Positions 20,817 through 29,895 of a stretch of DNA of 64,000 nucleotides are shown one piece after another. The notes under the pieces are model-generated. The model was not told the DNA's origin. It was given only the letters and a program-made list of their open reading frames with translations, and did not search any database. Each line of letters opens with the position of its first letter. The stretch's first letter is position 1. The stretch spans positions 205,992 to 269,991 of the forward strand of contig JAUIKS010000004.1 of the NCBI GenBank assembly GCA_030430565.1, given 5' to 3'. The DNA comes from Polyangia bacterium. GTDB lineage: Bacteria > Myxococcota_A > Polyangia > Nannocystales > Nannocystaceae. The translations under genes were made by a program, and so were the position numbers.

Positions 20817-20989
20817 CACTTGCTGCCTGCTCGTATGAATGGTTCGAGTCGAGAGTCGAGCTGCTGCCGCTAGTTCTATCTGTCTGGAGGAAGAACTCGG
20901 TAGGAAGCTCGGGGGGAAACTCGGAAGAGTTTGGAGAAGTCTCGTGTTGAGAACCCGACGCGGAAAAACGTCGCGCTGGGTCGGCAGTT

Positions 20990-22042
20990 GTGGCCCCGAA
21001 CACCAGCCCTTGTCAAGCGTTCGCTCTCCGGCCAACCTCCAGCCCACACATGCCTCTGACCAGCGCACGTCCTGACCCCAACTCTCGCGGTCACGCGGAT
21101 CTCGCGCCCAAATCCAGTCGCAGCGCGGTTTCGTCGCGGGCGCGGGGGTCTCGCTCGCCCGTGCCGCTCGCGTGTGCGCTCTCGTGTCTCGCCGCCTGTG
21201 TGTTTTATCCGCCGCCGCCCTTGGCCGAGGAACTCGCCGCCGAGGAGGCCGCACGCTCGGCCCGGGTCGCCTCCCTGCGCGGCGGCACGCCGGCCGGCAC
21301 CGAGTCCGGTGATGCCTCGTCCGGCGAGGGCGGGGCCGAGGGCGAGGAGGAGGTGCTGACCTTTAAGCCCGGGGACCCGGCGCCCGCGGGCATGAGCCCC
21401 GCGCAGATCATCGCCTACCGGACGTCGCAGGGTGATCCGATCACGGGCGAGTTCACGCTCGAGCAGGCGCTCGCCGGCATCGAGGGCGAGGGCGAGCTGT
21501 GGGTCCTGTTCCGGACCGAGCGCGGCGCGATCGACTGCCGGCTGCTGCCCGAGATCGCGCCCAAGACGGTCGCCAACTTCGTCGGTCTGGCCCGCGGCCT
21601 CCGCCCGTTCCGCGACCCCAACGAGGAGGCGACGCCCGACACGCCGCCGACCTGGGTGAAGCGTCGCTACTACGACGACACGATCTTCCACCGCGTGATC
21701 CCGGGCTTCATGGTCCAGGCCGGCGACCCGACCGGCACCGGGCTGGGCAACCCCGGCTTCGTCATCGAGGACGAGTTCAGCCCCGAGGTGCTGCACGACC
21801 GGCCCGGGATCCTGAGCATGGCGAACCGCAGCCAGCCGAACACCGGCGGCTCGCAGTTCTTCATCACGCTCAACCCGACGCCGCACCTCGACGGCGTGCA
21901 CACGGTGTTCGGGGTGTGCAGCGACGAGGGCGTCGCGCTCGCGGACGACATCTCGCTGGTCCCGCGGGGCGAGGGCGACAAGCCCGAGGAGCCCGAGACC
22001 ATCAAGCGCGTCGACTTCGAGCGGCGCCCGCCCGCGTCCTGA
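20990..22042 (+). CDS. cyclophilin-type peptidyl-prolyl cis-trans isomerase with N-terminal secretory/linker extension
   Basis: 'RRYYDDTIFHRVIPGFMVQAGDPTGTGLG' and 'SMANRSQPNTGGSQFFITL' cyclophilin motifs; true start probably downstream of 20990. Confidence 0.75.
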   Translation: MAPNTSPCQAFALRPTSSPHMPLTSARPDPNSRGHADLAPKSSRSAVSSRARGSRSPVPLACALSCLAACVFYPPPPLAEELAAEEAARSARVASLRGGTPAGTESGDASSGEGGAEGEEEVLTFKPGDPAPAGMSPAQIIAYRTSQGDPITGEFTLEQALAGIEGEGELWVLFRTERGAIDCRLLPEIAPKTVANFVGLARGLRPFRDPNEEATPDTPPTWVKRRYYDDTIFHRVIPGFMVQAGDPTGTGLGNPGFVIEDEFSPEVLHDRPGILSMANRSQPNTGGSQFFITLNPTPHLDGVHTVFGVCSDEGVALADDISLVPRGEGDKPEEPETIKRVDFERRPPAS

Positions 22043-22093
22043 ACACAGAACCGGACGAGCGGCCCGCGAGAGGGTCTCGCGCGTGTTACGACA

Positions 22094-23713
22094 ATGTGTC
22101 TTTATGGACACGTTGAAACGCGCGCCGTGGCACAATCGAGCGCGCGGCGATGCGCCGCTGCTTCGAGGGTTGACATGCGATACGGACGATTTTCATGGGC
22201 GCTCGCCGCGTTGCTCGCGGCGACGGTGACGGCGACAGGGTGTGGGGACAGCGGCGAGGGGACGACCGGCGCGTCGGGATCCGAGAGCGACAGCGACGCG
22301 AGCGCCACCTCTGGCGCGACGGATCCGACCAGCGAGACCACGGCCGGTCCGGGGACGACGACGAACGCGACGGGCTCGACCAGCGACCCCTCGGCCGGGA
22401 CGACGACGCCCCTGACGACGACCGAGACCACCGACAGCCCGACGACCGCCATGGGCTGCGCGCCCGGCGAGGAGGACTGCGGCGACGGCTGCGTCAACAT
22501 CGACGCCGACCCCGAGAACTGCGGCGGCTGCGGGATCGACTGCGCGGGGGCGGGGATGATCTGCGTGCTCGGCTCGTGCGAGGTGATGTGCGACGACGCC
22601 GAGACGCTGTGCGGCGACGTCTGCGTCGACACCCAGACCGATCCGGAGAACTGCGGCGGCTGTGCCGTCGCCTGCGCCGACGGACAGGTCTGCAACGCGG
22701 GCGCGTGCGCGCTGGGCTGCGACATGGGCCTGACCGCCTGCGACGACTCCTGCGTCGACCTGCAGACCGACCCGAACTTCTGCGGCGCGTGCGACATCGC
22801 CTGCGTCGGCGACGAGCTCTGCGTCGACGGGACCTGCACCCTCGAGTGCGCGCCCAACGAGCAGATCTGCAACAACGCCTGCGTCGATCCCATGGTCGAC
22901 GTGGCGAACTGCGGCGACTGTGACAACGCCTGCCCCGAGCCGCAGAACGGCGTCGCCGAGTGCGTCGACGGGGGCTGCGGGGTCGTCTGCGACGACGGCT
23001 ACCTCGCCAACGCCGACAACACCAATTGCACGAGCTGCGACGCGGCCGCGATCCTGCTCGACGGGCCGATCGCCTACTGGCGGCTGGGCGAGGGCCCCGG
23101 CTCGAGCACCGCGGTCGACGAGCTCGGCAACAACGACGGCACCTACGTCGACACGATGCTCGGGGTCGCGGGCGTCTCGGGCGACGGCGACACCGCGGCG
23201 AGCCTCGGCGGCAGCAACCTCTCGCGCGTCAACGTGCCGACGCTCGACGCCATGCCGAACGACGCGATCTCGGTCGAGCTGTGGGTCAACTCGAGCGAGG
23301 CGGGGGACGGCACGCCCTTCTCCTACGCCGTTAACGCGCAGAACAACGAGGTGCTGCTGTTCAACGTCAACAGCCTGTCCTTCTACGTCAAGGGGCAGAA
23401 CACCGCCGGCGTCGCCGACGTCGCCGACGGCGCGTGGCACCACGTCGTCGCGACCTGGCAGAGCTCGGACGGCGACACCAACATCTACGTCGACGGCGCG
23501 CCGGTGCACAACCAGGTGCTGGTGCCGGGGCAGACGATCACGCCGGGCGGACACCTCGCGCTCGGGCACGAGCAGGACTCGGTCAACGGCGGCTACGACC
23601 CGAACCAGCGGCTGATCGGCGAGCTCGACGAGGTGGCGGTCTACGACTTCGTGCTGACGCCCCAGCAGGTCGCGCAGCACTACGAGGCCGTGCAGGGCAA
23701 TATGTGCGAATAG
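22094..23713 (+). CDS. secreted protein: ~6 tandem ~40-aa Cys-rich repeats (C..C..D...DP.NCGGC...C) plus C-terminal LamG/concanavalin-like domain
   Basis: Signal peptide 'ALAALLAATVTATGCG', T/S-rich linker, repeats such as 'CGDGCVNIDADPENCGGCGIDCAG', C-terminal 'WHHVVATWQSSDGDTNIYVDGAPV...ELDEVAVYDFVLTPQQ'. Confidence 0.6.
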   Translation: MCLYGHVETRAVAQSSARRCAAASRVDMRYGRFSWALAALLAATVTATGCGDSGEGTTGASGSESDSDASATSGATDPTSETTAGPGTTTNATGSTSDPSAGTTTPLTTTETTDSPTTAMGCAPGEEDCGDGCVNIDADPENCGGCGIDCAGAGMICVLGSCEVMCDDAETLCGDVCVDTQTDPENCGGCAVACADGQVCNAGACALGCDMGLTACDDSCVDLQTDPNFCGACDIACVGDELCVDGTCTLECAPNEQICNNACVDPMVDVANCGDCDNACPEPQNGVAECVDGGCGVVCDDGYLANADNTNCTSCDAAAILLDGPIAYWRLGEGPGSSTAVDELGNNDGTYVDTMLGVAGVSGDGDTAASLGGSNLSRVNVPTLDAMPNDAISVELWVNSSEAGDGTPFSYAVNAQNNEVLLFNVNSLSFYVKGQNTAGVADVADGAWHHVVATWQSSDGDTNIYVDGAPVHNQVLVPGQTITPGGHLALGHEQDSVNGGYDPNQRLIGELDEVAVYDFVLTPQQVAQHYEAVQGNMCE

Positions 23714-23776
23714 CCAGATCGCGCGGCGTGGGGCGGGCGCGCCTCCGCGCCGCGCGGCGGTGATAGAGTTGCGGGC

Positions 23777-24910
23777 GTGCGTGATCTCGTCGGTCGGCTG
23801 ATGCCGCTGCTGTTCGGCCTGCTGCTGGTGATCATCGGCGTGGTCGGGACCTACTACCTCGTCGGCGAGTCGCTGCAGCGGCGCGCCGACGTCGGGCGCT
23901 ACCAGACCAGCCTGTGCACGATCACCGAGGCGGACGTCGAGTCCTACGAGGCCGAGGAGGGCGGCACGATGTACCGCCCGCGCGTCGCCTACGAGCTGCT
24001 GTTTCAGGGGCGGCGCTACCTGGGTCAGCGCATCGGCTTCATGACCACGGGCTCGAGCTTCTCCTCCTACGCCGAGGGGGTGCTCGAGGACTACCCGGTG
24101 GGCGCGCGCGTCACCTGCTACTTCGACCCCGATGACCCCAACGAGCTCGTGCTCGACAAGCGGACCGGCTCGCAGCTGCTGCTCTCGTTCATCCCGCTGG
24201 CCTTCGCGCTGGTGGGCGCCGGCATCCTCTACCAGTCCTTCGCCGCCCGCGGCGCGCCCAAGGGCGAGGTCCCGACGAGCAAGGCCTGGCGCGCGCGGCT
24301 GCAGCGCGAGGGCGAGCTCGTGCTCGAGCCGCGGGCGAAGGATGGCTTTGCGACCATCTTCGTCGCCGCCTTCGCGATCCCGGTCGTGGGCGCCGCGGTG
24401 TTCCTGCTCGAGATGGCGTGGATCAGCGGATCGCCCGGCGCGATCCTGCTGGCGTTGATCTTCACGGTCGTCGCCGCCGGCGTGACGTGGCTGTTCGTCG
24501 TCTGCCTGCTCAGCGCGATCGGGCCGCGGGTCAAGCTCACGCTCGATCGCCCGACGGTCCCGCTGGGCGAGACGGTCTGGCTGCGCTGGCGCGTGCAGGG
24601 CTGGACCAAGCTCAACGCGGTCTCGATCGACATCGTGGGCCAAGAGGAGTCGACCTACACCAGCGGGACCGACGAGCTCACCGACACCGAGGAGTTCTAC
24701 GAGCAGGCGCTGGTGCGCGAGGAGCCGCAGCGCAGCGTGGCCGAGGGGCGCGCGCGCGTCGACCTGCCGGCCAGCAGCATGCACAGCTTCGACGCCGGGA
24801 AGAACCGCGTCGTCTGGCTGCTCAAGCTCGAGGTCGACGTCGACTGGTGGCCGGACCTCGAGCAGGAGTACGAGCTGGGCGTCGCGCCGCAGCGGGGGAG
24901 GGCGCGCTGA
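23777..24910 (+). CDS. membrane protein: N-terminal TM plus DUF3592-like beta domain, 3 more TM helices, C-terminal beta-sandwich-like domain
   Basis: TM 'LLFGLLLVIIGVVGTYYLV', then 'YRPRVAYELLFQGRRYLG...VTCYFDPDDPNELVL' (matches recollection of DUF3592, unverified), TMs, C-term 'ETVWLRWRVQGW...NRVVWLLKLEVDVDW'; GTG start. Confidence 0.5.
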   Translation: MRDLVGRLMPLLFGLLLVIIGVVGTYYLVGESLQRRADVGRYQTSLCTITEADVESYEAEEGGTMYRPRVAYELLFQGRRYLGQRIGFMTTGSSFSSYAEGVLEDYPVGARVTCYFDPDDPNELVLDKRTGSQLLLSFIPLAFALVGAGILYQSFAARGAPKGEVPTSKAWRARLQREGELVLEPRAKDGFATIFVAAFAIPVVGAAVFLLEMAWISGSPGAILLALIFTVVAAGVTWLFVVCLLSAIGPRVKLTLDRPTVPLGETVWLRWRVQGWTKLNAVSIDIVGQEESTYTSGTDELTDTEEFYEQALVREEPQRSVAEGRARVDLPASSMHSFDAGKNRVVWLLKLEVDVDWWPDLEQEYELGVAPQRGRAR

Positions 24911-25305
24911 TGTTGATGATCGATCTGGTGGAGGGCGCGAGCTTTCGCCCCGGCGAGACGCTAGAGGGGGTCGTGACCTGGGTCCTGCGCGGCGCGCCTG
25001 TCGGCGGCGCGGTCGAGCTGCTGTGGACGACCCAGGGCAAGGGCGACGGCGACCAGCAGGTCGTGGCGACGCGCGAGCTCAGCTCGATGCGTCGCCCCGG
25101 CGAGTCCAGCCTCGACCCGCTCGCGGCCGAGGACGCGCGCGAGTTCTCGTTCCCGCTGCCCGCGGGCCCCTACAGCTTCTCGGGCACGCTGATCACGCTG
25201 AGCTGGACGCTGCGGGCGCGCCTGCGCCCCGATGACGAAGAGGCGACGCTCGACATCACGATCTCGCCGAGCGGGCAGGGGGTGCGCCTCGGTGCGCCCG
25301 AGTGA
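24910..25305 (+). CDS. small hypothetical protein paralogous to the C-terminal domain of the upstream membrane protein
   Basis: 'ETLEGVVTWVL...FSFPLPAGPYSFSGTLITLSWTLRARL' parallels 'ETVWLRWRVQGW...NRVVWLLKLEVD' upstream; ATG overlaps preceding stop (ATGA-like). Confidence 0.45.
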   Translation: MLMIDLVEGASFRPGETLEGVVTWVLRGAPVGGAVELLWTTQGKGDGDQQVVATRELSSMRRPGESSLDPLAAEDAREFSFPLPAGPYSFSGTLITLSWTLRARLRPDDEEATLDITISPSGQGVRLGAPE

Positions 25306-25327
25306 CAACCCGTTTCGCAGCGCCCGC

Positions 25328-25855
25328 ATGGACCGGGTGCCCTACCGGCTGCGCGGCGCGAGCTGGGAGCGGCTGATCGCGCGGGTGGCCGCGGCGCGCG
25401 GCGGCTGGCTCGAGGTCGTCGGTCCCCACGGCTCGGGCAAGACCCGGCTGCTGCGCGAGCTCGAGGCCCGCCTGCCCGAGGCCGGGCTGCCGGCGCGCTA
25501 CCTGCGAGTCGGGCCCCAGGGACATTATGTCCCCAGGGACATGAGTCTCGCCGGGCAGGTGCTGCTGCTCGACGGCGTCGAGGCGGTCGGCGCCTGGCGG
25601 GCTTGGTGGATCCAGCGAACGATCGCGCGCCGGAGGCCGCGGGCGGTGATCGTCGCGCGTCACGAGCCGGGCCGGGCGCCGCGGCTCTACACCTGCCGGA
25701 CGGACCTGGAGCTGGCGCGCGGGCTGGTGGAGATGTTGACGCCCATCAAGGTCCGCGACGACGAACTCCGGGCGCTGCTCGACGAGCACCAGGGCAATCT
25801 CCGCGGCGTCTTTCGCGCGCTCTACGACCAGATGTGCGGGCGCCCGCCCGGCTGA
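25328..25855 (+). CDS. small P-loop NTPase
   Basis: Walker A 'GPHGSGKT', Walker B-like 'VLLLDGVE'; start ambiguous (ORF opens 25232). Confidence 0.45.
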   Translation: MDRVPYRLRGASWERLIARVAAARGGWLEVVGPHGSGKTRLLRELEARLPEAGLPARYLRVGPQGHYVPRDMSLAGQVLLLDGVEAVGAWRAWWIQRTIARRRPRAVIVARHEPGRAPRLYTCRTDLELARGLVEMLTPIKVRDDELRALLDEHQGNLRGVFRALYDQMCGRPPG

Positions 25856-25931
25856 GCTGAGCCGCGAGAACTCCCGCGAAACGCCCGAATTCCGCCGCTT
25901 TCGGCGATTTTGAGGTGCGTAGCGATTTTCT

Positions 25932-26915
25932 GTGCGCCAATTCGCGGGAGCCCTCGTCGATCTTAATGTGGGCGTTTTCTACCCTGCTCCGCCGCGACAG
26001 CGTCGCCTCGCCATCGCTGCAGCGCTCGTGTTGGCCTGCGCCTGCGGGCCGCAGCTGGGGACGACCGACACGACCGGGGGGCCAAGCGGCGACGCCTCGG
26101 GAACGCCTGGGAGCACCGGGTCGACGGGCGGCTCGACGGGCTTCGAGACCAGCGGCGCCGACACCAGCTCAGCGCTGACGGACGAGCCGGTCGAGACGAC
26201 CGGCTGCGAGTTCATCTGCGACGACGACCCCGACCTGCCGCCGGGCGACGAGCTGTGCGACATCTTCAACGACGAGTGTCCGGAGGGCCAGAAGTGCGCG
26301 CTGGTCGACACCGACGACGACGGCGGGTGGGACAGCGCGCGGTGCCGGGAGCTCCTCGGCGACGGCCAGCACGATGAACCCTGCGAGGCGTCGGGCGTCG
26401 GCCTCGACACCTGTGGTAAGGGGCATGTCTGCTGGGGCGTCGACGACGACGGCGAGGGCGTCTGCGTCGCGTTCTGCTCCGGCTCCGCGGAGAACCCGAG
26501 CTGCGAGCCAGCGTGCACACGCTGCGTGATCTCGGAGAGCAGCCCGCCGCTGTGCGTCAACAGCTGCGATCCCCTCGGGCAGGGCTGCCCCGGTGAGCAG
26601 GTGTGCATCGGTGACCCCAACAGCGCCGGCTTCCTCTGTGTGCTCGACGCCTCGGGCGGGATGGCGCCCGCGGGCACGCCCTGCGAGTTCGCCAACGTCT
26701 GCAACCCGGGGACCATGTGCGCGAGCACCGACGCGGCGCCGCACCCGGACTGTCAGGGCGCGATCGGCTGCTGCACCCCGTTCTGTAACTACGAGCAGCC
26801 CGACGGGGCCTGCGACGCGCTCGCCGACGAGCTCCCGGACATCGAGTGCGTGCCCTTCAGCGAGGAGCCGGCCGAGTGCGCGGGGCCGGTCGGCGTCTGC
26901 GTCGTGCCGGCATGA
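25932..26915 (+). CDS. Cys-rich lipoprotein, paralog 1 of 5
   Basis: Lipobox 'LVLACACGPQ', S/T/G linker, conserved ~225-aa domain with ~24 Cys ('DECPEGQKC...DTCGKGHVCW...CDPLGQGC...CVLDASGGMAPAGTPCEFANVCNPGTMCA...GCCTPFCNYEQPDGACD...VGVCVVP'); start may be internal GTG. Confidence 0.65.
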   Translation: MRQFAGALVDLNVGVFYPAPPRQRRLAIAAALVLACACGPQLGTTDTTGGPSGDASGTPGSTGSTGGSTGFETSGADTSSALTDEPVETTGCEFICDDDPDLPPGDELCDIFNDECPEGQKCALVDTDDDGGWDSARCRELLGDGQHDEPCEASGVGLDTCGKGHVCWGVDDDGEGVCVAFCSGSAENPSCEPACTRCVISESSPPLCVNSCDPLGQGCPGEQVCIGDPNSAGFLCVLDASGGMAPAGTPCEFANVCNPGTMCASTDAAPHPDCQGAIGCCTPFCNYEQPDGACDALADELPDIECVPFSEEPAECAGPVGVCVVPA

Positions 26916-27892
26916 AGGGGCAGGTCATGAATCGGTCGACGAGCTGGGGTGTACGCGCGCGGGGGACGGCGCTGCCGCTGTGCGGGCTCTTGTGGCTGAC
27001 GGCCTGCGGACCCGAGCTAGCGAGCCCGACGACGAGCGAGGGCGCGGGCAGCTCGACGGGCGTCGAGAGCACGAGCGCGACCCTCGACTCGACGGGGCCC
27101 GGCTCGACGACGGAGAGCGCGAGCACGGGCGCGGTGGAGACGACCGTAGCGCTCACGGGATCCGCCGGCACGACCGACTGCGAATTCATCTGCGAGCACG
27201 ACCTCCCGAAGGACAACATCTGCGACATCTTTGCCCAGGACTGCCCGGAGGGCCAGAAGTGCGCGAGCGTCGACACAATCGGCGACGGCGACTGGAACAC
27301 GAATCAGTGCGTCGAGATCATGGGCGACGGCGAGGCGGGCGAGCCGTGCGCCGCCGAGGGCGCGAGCGGTCATGACACCTGCGCGAAGGGCCACATGTGC
27401 TGGTACCTCGATGAGGAGTTCAACGGCACCTGCGTAGCGACCTGCGCCGGCGCGTCCGAGAACTCGATGTGCGCCGACGACTGCACGCGCTGCGTCCTCG
27501 CCAGCCCGCTCGCGCTCTGCCTGCCAAACTGCGACCCGCTCGAGCAGGACTGCGCCGGCGACGCGCTGTGCATCGGCGACCCCAACAGCGACGGCTTCGT
27601 GTGTGTGCTGGACGCGTCGGGCGGGATGGCGCCGGCGGGTACGCCCTGCGAGTTCGCCAACGTCTGCGACCCGGGGAACCTGTGCATCAACCCGGACGCT
27701 GTGCCGCACCCGGACTGCGAGGGCGGGATCGGCTGCTGCGCCCCGTTCTGTAACTACGAGCAGCCGGACGGGGCCTGCGACGCGCTGGTCGACGAGGTCC
27801 CCAAGATCGAGTGTGTGCCGTACCACGAGCAGCCCCCGCCGCCCGAGAGCTGCCTCGGGCCGGTCGGCGTCTGCGTTGTGCCAAACCCGTGA
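26912..27892 (+). CDS. Cys-rich lipoprotein, paralog 2 of 5
   Basis: ATG overlaps paralog-1 stop (ATGA at 26912-26915); 'LWLTACGPELASPTTSEG' then same Cys-domain. Confidence 0.7.
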   Translation: MKGQVMNRSTSWGVRARGTALPLCGLLWLTACGPELASPTTSEGAGSSTGVESTSATLDSTGPGSTTESASTGAVETTVALTGSAGTTDCEFICEHDLPKDNICDIFAQDCPEGQKCASVDTIGDGDWNTNQCVEIMGDGEAGEPCAAEGASGHDTCAKGHMCWYLDEEFNGTCVATCAGASENSMCADDCTRCVLASPLALCLPNCDPLEQDCAGDALCIGDPNSDGFVCVLDASGGMAPAGTPCEFANVCDPGNLCINPDAVPHPDCEGGIGCCAPFCNYEQPDGACDALVDEVPKIECVPYHEQPPPPESCLGPVGVCVVPNP

Positions 27893-27913
27893 ACGATTGT
27901 TGAGGAGCGAAGC

Positions 27914-28894
27914 ATGTCAATGGATTGGATGTTGTACGCGAGCAGGGTGACGCTAGGGCTCTGCGTCGCTGGTTGGTTGAGCGCCTGCGGGCCCGAGGTC
28001 GTCGGCCCGACGACGAGCGAGGGCGCGAGCACGGGCGAGGACAGCGAGGCGAGCGCGGGCGAGAGCGCGGGCTCGGAGAGCGGCTCGACCGGCCCGGAGG
28101 GCTCGACGACGAGCGCGGTGAGCACGAGCACCGGCGGGAGCGTCACGACAGACGGAATCACCGATGGCTCCGCGGGGACGACCGATTCATGCCCTTTCAT
28201 CTGCGAGCCCGATATCCCGCAGGAGCAAGAGTGGTGCGACATCTTCGCCCAGGACTGCCCGGAGGGGCAGAAGTGCGCGAGCGTCGACACCGACGGCGAC
28301 GGGGCGTGGGACAAGAACACCTGCGTCGAGATCATGGGCGACGGCGTGGTCGGCGAGGACTGCACGGCCGAGGGCGCGAGCGGGCTCGACACCTGCGCCG
28401 AGGGGCATATGTGCTGGAACCTCGACCAAGAGGGCAACGGCACCTGCGTCGCCAATTGTCTGGGCTCCGCGGAGAACCCCTCGTGCCCGGACGAGGACTG
28501 CACGAGCTGCATTATCTCCAGCGGACCGATCGCGATCTGCCTGCCGGGCTGCGACCCGCTGGAGCAGGACTGCTACGGCAGCGAGGTGTGCATCGGCGAT
28601 CCCAACAGCGATCAGTTCGTGTGTGTGCTGGACGCGTCGGGCGGGATGGCGCCGGCGGGCACGCCCTGCGAGTTCGCCAACGTCTGCAACCCGGGGACCA
28701 TGTGCGCGAACCCGGACGCGGTGCCGCACCCGGACTGCGAGGGCTCGATCGGCTGCTGCACCCCGTTCTGCGACTACGAGCAGCCGGGCGGGGCCTGCGA
28801 TGTGCTCGGGCTCCCGGGGGTCGAGTGCGTGCCCTACCACGAGGAGCCAGTCGAGAACTGCGCGGGGGCGGTGGGGGTCTGCGTGGTGCCCTAG
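27914..28894 (+). CDS. Cys-rich lipoprotein, paralog 3 of 5
   Basis: 'GWLSACGPEVVGPTTSEG', same conserved Cys-domain ending 'VGVCVVP'. Confidence 0.7.
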   Translation: MSMDWMLYASRVTLGLCVAGWLSACGPEVVGPTTSEGASTGEDSEASAGESAGSESGSTGPEGSTTSAVSTSTGGSVTTDGITDGSAGTTDSCPFICEPDIPQEQEWCDIFAQDCPEGQKCASVDTDGDGAWDKNTCVEIMGDGVVGEDCTAEGASGLDTCAEGHMCWNLDQEGNGTCVANCLGSAENPSCPDEDCTSCIISSGPIAICLPGCDPLEQDCYGSEVCIGDPNSDQFVCVLDASGGMAPAGTPCEFANVCNPGTMCANPDAVPHPDCEGSIGCCTPFCDYEQPGGACDVLGLPGVECVPYHEEPVENCAGAVGVCVVP

Positions 28895-28918
28895 CGGCGC
28901 GACGCGTGCGGGTGAACC

Positions 28919-29875
28919 ATGGGGCAGGGGAGCGGCACCGGACGAAGGACGCGCGCGGCGACGGCGACGCTGCTGCTGCTGTGCGCGGTGGCGTGCGGGC
29001 CCGAGCTGGCGAGCCTGACGACGAGCGAGGGCGACGACGCCTCGACCTCCTCGGACGGCGGGAGCTCGATCGAAGGCTCGACGGGCGGGGGCTCGACGAG
29101 CACGGACTCGACGGGCACGGGCGAGGCCGAGACCACCGCCGCGCTGACGGAGACGGAGTCCGGGGCCGACTGCGTGTTCCTCTGCGAGCCGGACATGCCG
29201 AGCGGGCCGATCCCCTGCGACATCCTGGCCCAGGACTGCCCCGAGGGGATGAAGTGCGAGAGCGTCGACACCGACGGCGACAACTCGTGGGACAGCAACC
29301 TTTGCGTCCCGGTGATCGGTGACGACATGCTCGGCGAGCCGTGCACGGCCGAGCTGGGCGCGACCGGGGTCGACACCTGCGCGAAGGGATATGTGTGCTG
29401 GAAGCTCGATGAGAACGGCGAAGGAACCTGCTTCGCCCACTGCACGGGCACCTGGGAGGATCCGGTGTGCGAGGGCTGCGAGGAGTGCGTGATCTTCTCC
29501 AATGGTGTGATCGCGGCGTGCCTCCCGGGCTGCGACCCGCTCGCGCAGGACTGCGTGGGCGCCCAGGTGTGCATCGGCGACCCGGGAGGCGATGGCTTCT
29601 TTTGTGTGCTGGACGCGTCGGGCGGGATGGCGCCGGCGGGCACGCCCTGCGAGTTCACCAACGTCTGCAACGCGGGGACCATGTGCGCGAACCCAGACGC
29701 TGTGCCGCACCCGGACTGCGCGGGCTCGATCGGCTGCTGCACCCCGTTCTGCGACTACGAGCAGCCTGGGGACACCTGCGACGCGCTGGGGCTGCCGGGG
29801 GTCGAGTGCGTGCCATACGTCGACGAACCAGATGAGAGCTGCGCGTGGGCGGTCGGGGTGTGCGTGATGCCGTAG
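28919..29875 (+). CDS. Cys-rich lipoprotein, paralog 4 of 5
   Basis: 'LLLLCAVACGPELASLTTSEG', same Cys-domain ending 'VGVCVMP'. Confidence 0.7.
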   Translation: MGQGSGTGRRTRAATATLLLLCAVACGPELASLTTSEGDDASTSSDGGSSIEGSTGGGSTSTDSTGTGEAETTAALTETESGADCVFLCEPDMPSGPIPCDILAQDCPEGMKCESVDTDGDNSWDSNLCVPVIGDDMLGEPCTAELGATGVDTCAKGYVCWKLDENGEGTCFAHCTGTWEDPVCEGCEECVIFSNGVIAACLPGCDPLAQDCVGAQVCIGDPGGDGFFCVLDASGGMAPAGTPCEFTNVCNAGTMCANPDAVPHPDCAGSIGCCTPFCDYEQPGDTCDALGLPGVECVPYVDEPDESCAWAVGVCVMP

Positions 29876-29895
29876 CGATTTCAAAGGAGTGAACG

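Noticed and set aside
25232-25327. Alternative upstream start for the P-loop NTPase, overlapping the small beta-domain gene
   Set aside because: The upstream extension is Arg/Ser-rich low complexity. The ATG at 25328 gives a compact protein beginning just before the Walker A motif.
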